A DNA stretch of 64,000 bases from Vicinamibacterales bacterium (GCA_035495555.1 DATJFQ010000041.1:91894-155893), one strand, 5' to 3'. Numbered from the stretch's first letter, positions 40,701 through 48,946 are shown. Numbers and translations: made by a program. The notes: generated from the sequence alone by a model not told the origin.

Positions 40701-40907
40701 AAGCGTAGCTGCTGCAATGACCGGCGCGTCGACCGTTGGAAAGTTCGGTGCGGCGAAGAGCGCGAGACGGCCTGTCGTGATCGCGGCCTTCGAACTGGCG
40801 GCCGCCGCGAGCGATGCGGATCGGGCTCCCGGCAGGACCATGATGACGATTGCGGCGGCGACCGCGAGGAGCGGGGCCTGACCCCAATGGCGCGAGTGTT
40901 GTGCCAC
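37770..40907 (-). CDS. Large glycoside-hydrolase-like protein (clan GH-A TIM barrel flanked by GATase1-like domains)
   Basis: 1045 aa, GTG 40907, signal anchor AQHSRHWGQAPLLAVAAAIVIMVLPG. WDLINEPS resembles the GH5/GH42 acid/base NEP motif. VLVLPYGSAFP…GGGLLVLGG and ARLIVVPDPE…SLVVITG resemble class-I amidotransferase-like/trimerisation domains. Confidence 0.6.
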   Translation of the reverse strand: MAQHSRHWGQAPLLAVAAAIVIMVLPGARSASLAAAASSKAAITTGRLALFAAPNFPTVDAPVIAAATLDAAFTDLPLVTFDSPKSLADGLTPDAADVLVLPYGSAFPVEAWTAIRGFIDAGGGLLVLGGAPFEVPVRSSRAQATYVVDTRQPTFAHQLLIGPADAIDTAGFDGPARITTVTDSGWTRLPALPGHSFALTIRLASVKDFPDEGGSEGRRDGIVRPLIHVTDKDGTPRACPLLMIDRVRGSGAGGRWMLAPSDAVLDAAFIRDAALRALEGAVDVDARPVRASIAAGEAAQLRIVVQRPRPRAGETAALAAHIVVKDDGGLDRWQGDVPLAGPPQLRTAIAPVAPGLTLAPGLYHVTVSIPGLPSRPSGTTTGFWVRDDALLSRGPRLTVSRDWLRADGHVLPIVGTTYMASDVDRKFLLEPNPHVWDEDFAAMQRRGINFVRTGIWTGWSRVMLDPGAIDEGVLSALEAYVQTAARHRIHVCFTFFAFQPPYFGGTNPFLDPRSLEGQRAFVTLFATRFKDVPWISWDLINEPSYSPAAALWTNQPVGDPQEAQAWHAFVSARHGDDADALRGLWRVAADDVGRIPTLQDLSWSMIREERMPRKAYDFALFSQEVIAKWAAALRDVLKTAAGPDTLVTLGQDEGGTELRPAQQLHATSLDYTAVHTWWNNDDLLWDGVLTKVPEKANLHQETGLMRLEDVDGHPWRSPEDAARLLERKVAYAFASRGAGAVQWAWNINPYQPIDNESVIGIVRPDGTYKPELRALTTASTFFATAASWLDDFEPDPVLIVIPHARLFSGRPGGLAATKRVVHVLAEHFGVVPTALSDERLSAERLAGARLIVVPDPEILPDAAAHALVAAAQAGSLVVITGNLEGDPYGRVTPALAALGAGGASRAVVQHERTRWGGGWATYDQGQSAWLRRAMQEESSWAIAHIWREPLPLGFAGEAEPLVGLLRDALAAAGVQITESEVPIATRVLRAPRAALIVCVNETAAEAVRTVLVDGRRIAVSIPAGRSRMLLVERSTGRIVASSSGV

Positions 40908-40921
40908 TGGAATCAGCCACC

Positions 40922-41863
40922 TCAGGCCATCGCGGTCGCGGTGCGATACCAGTCCACGGTGCGCTGGAGGCCCACCTCGAACGAAACAGTCGGCTCGTAC
41001 CCGAGCAGCCGCTTCGCCTTGGCGATGTCGGCCTGCGAGTCGCGCACGTCGCCCGCCCGCGGCTCCGCATACTTCGGCTCAACCGACGACCCGATCATCC
41101 GCCGCATCGTCCGGAACAATTCATTGAGGGAAATCCGTCCGCCGGTCGCGACGTTGATGACTTCGCCGCTGGCCCCCGGCGCCTCGCACGCCCGGAGCAC
41201 GCCGTCGACGACGTTCGATACGTAGGTGAAATCGCGCGTCTGCTCACCGTCGCCGAAAATCATCGGCGATCGGTTGTCGAGGAGCGCGGTGGCAAACACC
41301 GAGATGACGCCTGAGTACGGCGACGACGGGTCCTGTCGCGGGCCGAAGACGTTGAAGTAGCGAATCGTGACCGTTTCGAGCCCGTAGAGGCTCGTGAACA
41401 TCTTCAGGTATTCCTCGCCGATCACCTTCTGCAGCGCGTACGGCGAGAGCGGGCGCGTCGGCATCTCCTCGTGCTTCGGCAAGGTTGCCGTGTTGCCGTA
41501 TGCAGACGACGACCCGGCGAACACCACACGTTTGACGCCCGCCTCACGCGCGGCCACCAGCACGTTCAACGTGCCGTCGACGTTCGCCCGGTTCGACGTG
41601 ATGGGGTCCTTCACGGACCGGGGCACCGACGGAATCGCCGCCTGATGCAGAACGTAATCGCAGCCGTCCGTCGCACGCTGCGCGACAGACAGGTCGGCCA
41701 GATCGCCTTCGAGAAAGTCGATGCCTTTCAGCTGATCGAGATTGCTGCGCCGGCCGGTGGCCAGGTTATCGACAACGCGAACCGAATCACCGCGCCGAAG
41801 CAGTTCTTCCGCAAGATGAGATCCGATGAAGCCGGCGCCGCCGGTCACGAGGTAATGAGCCAT
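40922..41863 (-). CDS. NAD-dependent nucleotide-sugar epimerase/dehydratase (extended SDR)
   Basis: MAHYLVTGGAGFIGSHL (Rossmann), catalytic SPYALQK (YxxxK). 313 aa. Confidence 0.9.
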   Translation of the reverse strand: MAHYLVTGGAGFIGSHLAEELLRRGDSVRVVDNLATGRRSNLDQLKGIDFLEGDLADLSVAQRATDGCDYVLHQAAIPSVPRSVKDPITSNRANVDGTLNVLVAAREAGVKRVVFAGSSSAYGNTATLPKHEEMPTRPLSPYALQKVIGEEYLKMFTSLYGLETVTIRYFNVFGPRQDPSSPYSGVISVFATALLDNRSPMIFGDGEQTRDFTYVSNVVDGVLRACEAPGASGEVINVATGGRISLNELFRTMRRMIGSSVEPKYAEPRAGDVRDSQADIAKAKRLLGYEPTVSFEVGLQRTVDWYRTATAMA

Positions 41864-41952
41864 GCACCTGCTGATTCAAGCAATATCCGTGCGCGCCGCA
41901 CGGCAGGAGCATGATCCCACAAAACCGTGATCGTGCAACTTTCAGTTGCGCG

Positions 41953-43194
41953 TTACGTGGCTCGCGCCAGGCGACGGACGGTGCGCGCGACGCGCCGGGC
42001 ACGCCGCAGGCCAAGCGAGGAATACACCGGCAACTGGACCACGTGAGCCGCCTGTTCCGCTTTTGGGGTGGGCGGATGGGGGCGGTCGCCAAACAGCGGA
42101 AGCGTCGCACAGACATCCACGTGCATCGTCTCGAGGTCCATCCCGCGAACGAGCGCTTTTCGGACCATAGCGTCCCGGTCCGGCGTGTACACGCAGTACT
42201 GGTAGTACACGTGCTCGCACCCCTCGGGCACGAACGGCGTCTGCATGCCCGGGATACCGGAGAGTTGCTCGTTCATCAGCTGCGCGTGGGCGCGCGTCTG
42301 CGCCGTCCACTCGTCCAGGAGCGGCAGCGATGCGAGCCCGATGGCGGCCTGGACGTTCGTATACCGCTCGCGGTATTCCGGAGGCATGGGGTCCAGCGGC
42401 CGCACCTTTTCCCATAAATAGACGTCCGGACGCTTTCGCCAGAGCATGGCGACGACCAGCGCGGGGTAGGCGGTCGCCGTAAAGACCGCCGGACGGCTGA
42501 ACAATCGCTGCGCGGCGCCGACCTTCAGCCGGTTGTCGATGCGCTGCTGGCCGGGCCACGGCTCGGCCTCCGCCTGCCTCCGAACGCATTGGAGAACGCC
42601 GGGGTCGCGTGCCACCGCGAGCCCGCCACCATACGTGTTGAGCGGTTTCAGCGTCTGAAAACTGAAGAAGGCCCCGTCGCCGAACGTGCCGACCTGCCGT
42701 CCCCGAAACCGGGCGCCGAGCGCGTGCGCGCAGTCCTCGATCACCTTGAGGCTGTGCCGCTCCGCGATCGACATGATGGCGTCCATGTCGCACGGCAGCC
42801 CGTAAAGATGCGTCGGCACGATCGCGACCGTGCGCTCCGTGACGGCGGTCTCGATGGCACCAGGGTCGATATTGAACGTGCGCGGATCGACATCGACGAA
42901 AACGGGCGTCAGGCCGGCGACGCGCGTGATCTCCGGAATCACCCAGAACGTCAGAGACGGAAGAATGACCTCCCCGCCGGCAGGCAGCGCCAGCGCCTTC
43001 ACCAGGTAGTAGTACGCAATCCGGCCGTACGACGTTGCAACCGCATCGTCCACCCCGATGCGCTCTGCGATCGCGCGCTCGAACGGGCGGATGGCCGGTC
43101 CCTGAATGAGCTCGCCGCGTTCGCGGCACCTCGCGACGATCTTCCGCGTGTCCGTCAGGACACGCGGGCCGTAGCGACAAATTGCCGTCAGCAC
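41953..43194 (-). CDS. DegT/DnrJ/EryC1/StrS family (sugar) aminotransferase
   Basis: GTG 43194 (7-nt overlap with the radical SAM stop). VIEDCAHALGA, and a PLP-lysine region FSFQTLKPLNTYGGGLA. Confidence 0.8.
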   Translation of the reverse strand: MLTAICRYGPRVLTDTRKIVARCRERGELIQGPAIRPFERAIAERIGVDDAVATSYGRIAYYYLVKALALPAGGEVILPSLTFWVIPEITRVAGLTPVFVDVDPRTFNIDPGAIETAVTERTVAIVPTHLYGLPCDMDAIMSIAERHSLKVIEDCAHALGARFRGRQVGTFGDGAFFSFQTLKPLNTYGGGLAVARDPGVLQCVRRQAEAEPWPGQQRIDNRLKVGAAQRLFSRPAVFTATAYPALVVAMLWRKRPDVYLWEKVRPLDPMPPEYRERYTNVQAAIGLASLPLLDEWTAQTRAHAQLMNEQLSGIPGMQTPFVPEGCEHVYYQYCVYTPDRDAMVRKALVRGMDLETMHVDVCATLPLFGDRPHPPTPKAEQAAHVVQLPVYSSLGLRRARRVARTVRRLARAT

Positions 43195-44585
43195 GTCACC
43201 GCGCGAGCCATCATCGCGACCTCCTGCCTCGCGTGTCGCTTCGACACACGGGCGTCCATGCGGCGGGCGACGCTGCGCACGGGGGTCGCGTTGATGCGGA
43301 ACCAATCCGCCAGCCATGACGGACGCATATAGAACCGGGTGTAGGCCGCTCCGAGCAGGAAGCGCAGATCGGCCGGTGCGAGGCGCGGATGATCGAACGT
43401 CGGCGTGAAGCCGTCGAATCGCTCCCAGTCGCGTTCGTAGACCCGGGGCGCCATCTGCTTCCAGAGCGGCGTCGCCGGGTAGGGCGTCAGCAGCTTGAAC
43501 TGCGCCGCGCTGGATCCGAGATCGATCGCGTAGTCGATGGTCGCGGCGATCGATTGCCAGTCATCCTGCAGGAAGCCGAAGACGTAGAACGCTGCCGTCG
43601 CGATGCCGATGCGGCGGCAATGCGCGATGATCGCGCGCTGGTGCGCTTCGGGAATGGGCCGTCGCCCGACCTTGCGCAGGACGTCGGGAGAGACGGATTC
43701 CACTCCAAAGCTGATCGCGCGGAGGCCGGCCGCATGCAGTTCGTCCAGGAGACCGGCATCCAATCGATCGAGACGCGTCTCGCACTCGAACCGCAGGTCG
43801 AGCCCTTTCGCACGGATGGCGCGTGCGAGCGCAATCACCCGATCGCGATCCTGGGTAAAGAGCGGATCGCGAAAAATGACATACGGATGATCGAACCGAT
43901 CGCTGAGATACGTCAGCTCCTCGACGATGCTGTCGACCGCGCGCATGCGGTGACCCGCAAGAATACGATGCGGGCAGTAGGTGCAGAACTCCGGACAGCC
44001 GCGGCTGGCGAGGAGCGGAACGCCGCCGCCGTACGGCCGCCCGGCGAACGGCACGGTCCACCGGCCGGCGCGCAACAGCCCCGGAACGTCCCACTGCGGA
44101 AACGGCAGCGCGTCCAGATCTTCGATTGGCTCACTCTGGCAGTCGCCCTCGAGTGTGTGCCCGCGCGCGAGGCGTGCGATGGCCGCCTCCGGTTCACCGA
44201 TGACGATGAAGTCCGCGTGATCGCGGAACAACTCCGGCAGCTTCGACGCGGTCAGCCCCACGAAGCCGACGTGAATGCCGCGGGCGCGAGCCTCGTCCGC
44301 CCACGCCGTCTCGTGCTTGTGATCGACGAGCGAACTGAGCACGATCGCGACGTCGGCGTCGTCGAGCCTGCCGCGCGACCAGACCACCTCGTGCCCCTCC
44401 TTCGCGAGAATCGCCGCGAGATACGCCAGATGCACGCTGGGTGTGTCGTGCATCCGCCGTTTCATCATGGCGATCACGCGCGTCACGCGCGAAAACGGCT
44501 CGAGACGCGAGCCATACCCGCCGACAACCGTATCTTTCGAGACGACGCCATGTGTCGCCGGCAGATCGACCAATGCCACACGCAT
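43188..44585 (-). CDS. B12-binding-domain radical SAM protein
   Basis: ATG 44585 with SD AGGAG. N-terminal cobalamin-domain-like region. Radical SAM cluster motif SRGCPEFCTYCPH (CxxxCxxC). Confidence 0.85.
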   Translation of the reverse strand: MRVALVDLPATHGVVSKDTVVGGYGSRLEPFSRVTRVIAMMKRRMHDTPSVHLAYLAAILAKEGHEVVWSRGRLDDADVAIVLSSLVDHKHETAWADEARARGIHVGFVGLTASKLPELFRDHADFIVIGEPEAAIARLARGHTLEGDCQSEPIEDLDALPFPQWDVPGLLRAGRWTVPFAGRPYGGGVPLLASRGCPEFCTYCPHRILAGHRMRAVDSIVEELTYLSDRFDHPYVIFRDPLFTQDRDRVIALARAIRAKGLDLRFECETRLDRLDAGLLDELHAAGLRAISFGVESVSPDVLRKVGRRPIPEAHQRAIIAHCRRIGIATAAFYVFGFLQDDWQSIAATIDYAIDLGSSAAQFKLLTPYPATPLWKQMAPRVYERDWERFDGFTPTFDHPRLAPADLRFLLGAAYTRFYMRPSWLADWFRINATPVRSVARRMDARVSKRHARQEVAMMARAVTC

Positions 44586-44662
44586 TACGGACTCCTGAGA
44601 CGGGAACCGACACCCGCAGAAAAATTCCGGGACGCGGCGGGGGGACCGCGCGGGGGACGCGT

Positions 44663-45211
44663 TCAGGCGCGGACAGGAGGGGCGCGGCCGGCGTGCGGTC
44701 GAACAGCCGGCGCGTGGACGATCGTGTGATGCGGCGTGGCCGACGAAATCGCCGGCGCAACGCGCGTGGTCAGCATCGATTGGGCCGCGGCGAGCTGCTG
44801 ACGCTGCTCGCCGAGACCCGAGGTCTGCCCGGCATTGCGGAAAGTCGCCAGCCCCGGCCCAAAGCGGCGGGAGAGCTTGCCTCTGGAAGGCGGCGCCGCG
44901 AGTGCATACCGCCCAGCCCCGAGATTGCGCCACACCACGAGACCGTTGCCGCCGCTGCCGATGATATCGAGGTCGCCATCGGCGTCGATGTCACGAACCG
45001 CGGCTGTTGCAATCGCCTCGGGTGAGAGGATGACGGTCCGAAGAGAACCGCGGCCGCCGACGTGAATCGACGTGCCTCCGCCGGGGAGCGGAACGAGGCG
45101 GACGTGATGCTGCCAGATCCCGGCGTGGTGGCGCACGGCCGCGGAAGCCGACGTGACCGCGGCAAGGATCGCCACGATCGCAGCGAGGAGCGCTCGAACC
45201 GGCGTGCGCAT
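44663..45211 (-). CDS. Secreted FG-GAP/VCBS repeat-containing small protein
   Basis: Internal start MRTPVRALLAAIVAILAAVTSASA (ATG 45211). DIDADGDLDIIGSGGNGLVVWRN. Confidence 0.65.
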   Translation of the reverse strand: MRTPVRALLAAIVAILAAVTSASAAVRHHAGIWQHHVRLVPLPGGGTSIHVGGRGSLRTVILSPEAIATAAVRDIDADGDLDIIGSGGNGLVVWRNLGAGRYALAAPPSRGKLSRRFGPGLATFRNAGQTSGLGEQRQQLAAAQSMLTTRVAPAISSATPHHTIVHAPAVRPHAGRAPPVRA

Positions 45212-45295
45212 CAGGTCCGAAGATAGCCCGAGCGCGGCACGCGGGTCAAAGGGACCAGTTCTGTCGAACGCGGGCGGCGCCTGGACGGAGCGGCG

Positions 45296-45478
45296 ACGGG
45301 GCCCCCGCTCGGACAGCTCCGCCTTCGCGCAGCTCGGCGAGACCTCGCCGGAGCCGCTACGCGGCGTCGGCGGGCCACCTTCGTGCTCAGCGGCCCGAAA
45401 GACATGTCGACGAGGAGCCGCTTCCGCGCGAAGCTGGGCGCCCCGTCCTCGCCCCCATCGCCCTGATGCGCGGCGCGG
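45296..45478 (-). repeat. Third copy (reverse orientation, shortened module B) of the two-module repeat element
   Basis: …gctcggacagctccgccttcgcgcag…, then …ccttcgtgctcagcggcccgaaagacatgtcgacgaggagccgcttccgcgcgaag…gtcctcgcccccatcgc, matching reverse-complemented units at 2495-2810. Confidence 0.8.
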
Positions 45479-45542
45479 GCGCCGCCTGCACGGAGCGGCA
45501 AGGGCGTCGCATTGGGCGCTCAGCATCAGAAGTTTCGAAAAA

Positions 45543-45958
45543 GCGTCGCAGCACGCCGTAAGCCGAATTCTGTCCGCCTTCGCGCCCTGACGGGCGCTCC
45601 GGCGTGACGATCATTCCTCTAGCCCCGCCATTGCTGGCGGGATCAAGCAGCCTACCCGGAGACCTTGAACGGGCCGTTCTCGAGCGTCCCCCTATTTGGC
45701 TTTGCTCCGTGCGGGGTTTTGCCTGCCGTCCCTGTTACCAGGCACGCGGTGCGCTCTTACCGCACCTTTTCACCCTTACCCGCGTTCGCCCCAGGCTCGA
45801 GAGCCGAGAGCACACACGGGCGGTATGTTTTCTGTGCCACTTTCCTTCGAGTTGCCCCGACCGGGCGTTACCCGGCGCACTGCCCTGCGGAGTTCGGACT
45901 TTCCTCCCGCCTTCGCGCGTCGCGCGAACGCGGACGATCGTCTGTCGTACTGCGACGC
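45543..45958 (-). ncRNA. rnpB: RNase P RNA, bacterial type A
   Basis: The minus strand carries these motifs: GAGGAAAGTCCGAACTCCGCAGGGCAG; GGGTGAAAAGGTGCGGTAAGAGCGCACCG; CAGGCAAAACCCCGCACGGAGCAA; ACAGAATTCGGCTTACGG. The P1 helix pairs GCGTCGCAG (5' end) with CTGCGACGC (3' end), followed by TTTTT. Confidence 0.95.
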
Positions 45959-45993
45959 TCCCATTTTCGCACGTCCAGGCGCACGGAGCCCCC

Positions 45994-46037
45994 GCACCGA
46001 GCACCGCACCGGGCACCGAGCACGAAGCACCGAGCAC
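45994..46037. repeat. Direct-repeat array of GCACCGAGCAC-type 11-mers upstream of rnpB
   Basis: gcaccgagcac-c-gcaccgggcac-cgagcacgaa-gcaccgagcac, in the spacer between the EBP gene stop (46077) and the rnpB 5' end. Confidence 0.7.
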
Positions 46038-46076
46038 CGCGCGGCGAAGCCGCGCCGCGCCGAGCCGGGCCGCGCC

Positions 46077-47462
46077 CTATCCGTCGTTCTCCTGGCTGAT
46101 CGCGTACTGTTCGAGTTTTTTGTACAGATTGCTTCGGGGGGTGCCGATCACTTCCGCGGTCTTCGAGATATTCCACGCGTTTTCGCGCAGTTTCTGGACG
46201 AGGAACTCGCGTTCGGCGGATTCCTTGAATTCCCGCAGCGTTCCGGGCCGTTCGCGGTCGGCGTCCCCGCCGCCTGCAGCCGGCCCCGTCCTCGGTGCCT
46301 CCGTGCGGACGAACTCGCGCAGATCGTCGACGTCGATTGCGTCTCCCGGGGTCATGATGAGCAGGCGCTCGACCGTGTTCTTCAGCTCGCGCACGTTGCC
46401 TTTCCAGCGCGCTTTCTGCAGATACTCGAGCGCGGCCGCAGTGAATCGCTGCGGCCGTCGATTGTTTTCCCGGCTGAATACGTCGACGAAATGGCGCACG
46501 AGCGATGGGATGTCGTCGCGGCGATCACGCAGCGGCGGGACGCGAATCGGGATGACGCTGAGTCGGAAGTACAGATCCTCCCGGAAGTTGCCCTTTTCGA
46601 TCTCCGCCTCGAGGTCCTTGTTGGTGGCAGCGATCACGCGGACGTCGACCTTGATCGTCCTGGCAGACCCGAGGCGCTCGACTTCCCCTTCCTGCAGGAC
46701 GCGAAGGACCTTGGCCTGCGTCTTGGCGCTCATATCGCCGACTTCATCGAGGAATATCGTCCCGCGGTCGGCCTGTTCGAACTTGCCGATCTGCTTCTCC
46801 GTCGCGCCGGTGAAGGAGCCTTTTTCGTGGCCGAAGAGTTCCGATTCGATCAGCTCCTCGGGGATTGCCGCACAGTTCACCTGTACGAACCGCTCACGGC
46901 TTCGCAGACTGTTGCGGTGAATCGCGCGCGCGACGAGTTCCTTGCCGACCCCGCTTTCCCCGAGCAGCAGCACCGTCGCATTGGTCGGCGCCGCACGCTT
47001 GATCGCATCCCAGATCTGCCGGAGGGCCGGACTCTCGCCGACCATCTGGTGCCGCGCTTCGACGGCCCGCTTCAGCGACCGGTTCTCGTCGGCGAGTCGC
47101 GACTGATCGAGGACGTTGCGGATGGTGACGAGGACGCGCTCGCTCGAGAGCGGCTTTTCGATGAAGTCGAACGCGCCCAGCTTCGTCGCCTCGACGGCCG
47201 TGCTCACGGTGGCGTGGCCGCTGATGATCACGATCGGCAGCGCGTCGTTCACCTCGCGCATCTTCTGGAGCACTTCGAGGCCGTCCATCCCGGGCATCTT
47301 GATGTCGAGGAACACGAGGTCCGGCGGCTCCCGCTGCACCAGCGCGAGCGCCTCGGGGCCGCTCGACGCCTCCTGCACGTCGTGCCCCTCGTACTCGAGA
47401 ATCATCCGCACCGACCGCCTGATCTCTGCCTCGTCGTCGACGACGAGAATCCGTGCTTTCAT
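46077..47462 (-). CDS. NtrC-family sigma-54-dependent response regulator
   Basis: Internal start MKARILVVDDE (ATG 47462, ATGA overlap with htrA). Receiver domain (FLDIKMPGMDG), AAA+ core with GESGVGKE and an intact GSFTGA loop, and a Fis-type HTH at the C-terminus. The 778-aa track ORF is an upstream over-extension. Confidence 0.92.
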   Translation of the reverse strand: MKARILVVDDEAEIRRSVRMILEYEGHDVQEASSGPEALALVQREPPDLVFLDIKMPGMDGLEVLQKMREVNDALPIVIISGHATVSTAVEATKLGAFDFIEKPLSSERVLVTIRNVLDQSRLADENRSLKRAVEARHQMVGESPALRQIWDAIKRAAPTNATVLLLGESGVGKELVARAIHRNSLRSRERFVQVNCAAIPEELIESELFGHEKGSFTGATEKQIGKFEQADRGTIFLDEVGDMSAKTQAKVLRVLQEGEVERLGSARTIKVDVRVIAATNKDLEAEIEKGNFREDLYFRLSVIPIRVPPLRDRRDDIPSLVRHFVDVFSRENNRRPQRFTAAALEYLQKARWKGNVRELKNTVERLLIMTPGDAIDVDDLREFVRTEAPRTGPAAGGGDADRERPGTLREFKESAEREFLVQKLRENAWNISKTAEVIGTPRSNLYKKLEQYAISQENDG

Positions 47463-48946
47463 CGTGAGTCGTCCACCGTTGCGATGACGAACGTGCGTTG
47501 CGCCTGCGTGGGATCGTACCCGTAAAACGCGAGCGTCTGTCCGGGACGTGCGGCGCCGAGCATGCGCTCGAACTCGGCGGTCGACCGCACCGGCTGCCGG
47601 TTGATGTCCATCACGATGAAGCCGCGACGCATCGCCGGAACGAACGACGCGCCGGCGGGATCGACTTTGGTCACGATCACGCCCTGCACCGAGTCGGGAA
47701 TCTCGAGCCTTCTCGCGAAGCCGGCATCGAGGTCCCGCACCGTCAGCCCGAGCAGCGGCCCGTTGGGGACGACCACCGGCACGGCACCCCGGCCGGCGAG
47801 GCCGGTCGTACGATCGGCGTTGTCCCCCTCGCGCGGTGGACGTTCCGTCAGCCGCACGGGCGTCGGCAGGTGGCGGCCGTCGCGGAGCACGTCGAGTCGC
47901 GCCATGGACCCCGGCTGACGCGCGGAGATGTCGCGAATCAGCTCCTCGTTCGTCCAGACATCGTGCCCGTCGACCGACAGGATGATGTCGTAGGGCCTCA
48001 ACCCGGCGCGTTCGGCCGGCGAACTCGCGGTGACGTCCTGGACCAGTGCGCCGCGGCTCACCGGAAGATGCAGCGATCGCTGGAGATCGGGCGTGACGTC
48101 GGTCAGCGCGACCCCGATGAAGCCGCGCGACACCTTGCCGCGCGCTTTGAGTTGCGGCAGGATCGCCATCGCCTGATTGATCGGCACCGCGAACCCGATG
48201 TTGCTCGCGCGCGAGCTGATAGCGGAGTTGATGCCGATCACCTGCCCCTGCGCGTTGATCAGCGGCCCTCCGCTGTTGCCGAAATTGATCGCGGCGTCGG
48301 TCTGGATGTAGTCGTCCAGGCTCGCATCGAACAGCTTCCGCCCGATGAAACTGACGACGCCGACCGTCACCGAGTGGACGTAGCCGAGCGGGTTGCCGAT
48401 CGCGCAGACCCACTCGCCGACGCGCAAATTGTCCGAATCTCCAATGGCGGCCTGCGGCAGATTCGAGACGCCGGTGACGTGCAGCAGCGCGACGTCGATC
48501 GCCGGATCCGATCCCACGACGTCTGCACGCAGCGTACGCCCGTCCGCAAATGTGACGGAGATACGGTCGGCATCCTGGATGACGTGGTAGTTCGTCAGGA
48601 TGAATCCCTGCGCATCGATGACGAAACCGCTGCCGGACCCCTGGTGCGGAACATCGAAATCGCGCGGCTCGTCGGCGGGCTCATCGGCCCGGCGATGGCC
48701 GGCACGGGATGCGGCGTCGATGTTGACGACCGCGGGGTTGATCCGCTCGGCCACATCGGCGAAGTTGACGGAAGTGCCGGCGGCCGCGCCGGTCGCGGCA
48801 GTAGACGCGGGACGGAGGCGCTGCGCTGGCGCAGCCGCGGGAATCCCGCCCGCCGTAGCGCCCGCTCCGCCGCCGGCGATGATGGCGCCGACGAAGAACG
48901 AGACGGCAGACGACAACGTGACCGTCACGAAGGTGAATCGGCGCAT
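47459..48946 (-). CDS. htrA: Do/DegP/HtrA family periplasmic serine protease with two PDZ domains
   Basis: Internal start MRRFTFVTVTLSSAV (ATG 48946). TNYHV (His), DVALL (Asp), GNSGGPL (Ser). Confidence 0.92.
   Translation of the reverse strand: MRRFTFVTVTLSSAVSFFVGAIIAGGGAGATAGGIPAAAPAQRLRPASTAATGAAAGTSVNFADVAERINPAVVNIDAASRAGHRRADEPADEPRDFDVPHQGSGSGFVIDAQGFILTNYHVIQDADRISVTFADGRTLRADVVGSDPAIDVALLHVTGVSNLPQAAIGDSDNLRVGEWVCAIGNPLGYVHSVTVGVVSFIGRKLFDASLDDYIQTDAAINFGNSGGPLINAQGQVIGINSAISSRASNIGFAVPINQAMAILPQLKARGKVSRGFIGVALTDVTPDLQRSLHLPVSRGALVQDVTASSPAERAGLRPYDIILSVDGHDVWTNEELIRDISARQPGSMARLDVLRDGRHLPTPVRLTERPPREGDNADRTTGLAGRGAVPVVVPNGPLLGLTVRDLDAGFARRLEIPDSVQGVIVTKVDPAGASFVPAMRRGFIVMDINRQPVRSTAEFERMLGAARPGQTLAFYGYDPTQAQRTFVIATVDDSR

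Noticed and set aside
41864-41952. GCGCACGGATATTGCT upstream of the epimerase gene as a sigma-54 promoter
   Set aside because: The -12 TTGC is good, but the -24 element lacks the essential GG dinucleotide (GCGCAC). The spacer is better explained by two small hairpins (ccgtgcg/cgcacgg and gcaact/agttgc).
46077-48413. 778-aa ORF suggesting a fusion protein upstream of the NtrC-type regulator. Similar N-terminal extensions appear in ligA (881 aa), htrA (533 aa), gcvT (397 aa), dapF (372 aa) and others.
   Set aside because: The extensions are low-complexity and overlap the preceding genes in another frame. Family-typical N-termini begin at internal ATG/GTG codons, which often form ATGA/TGATG overlaps with the upstream stop.
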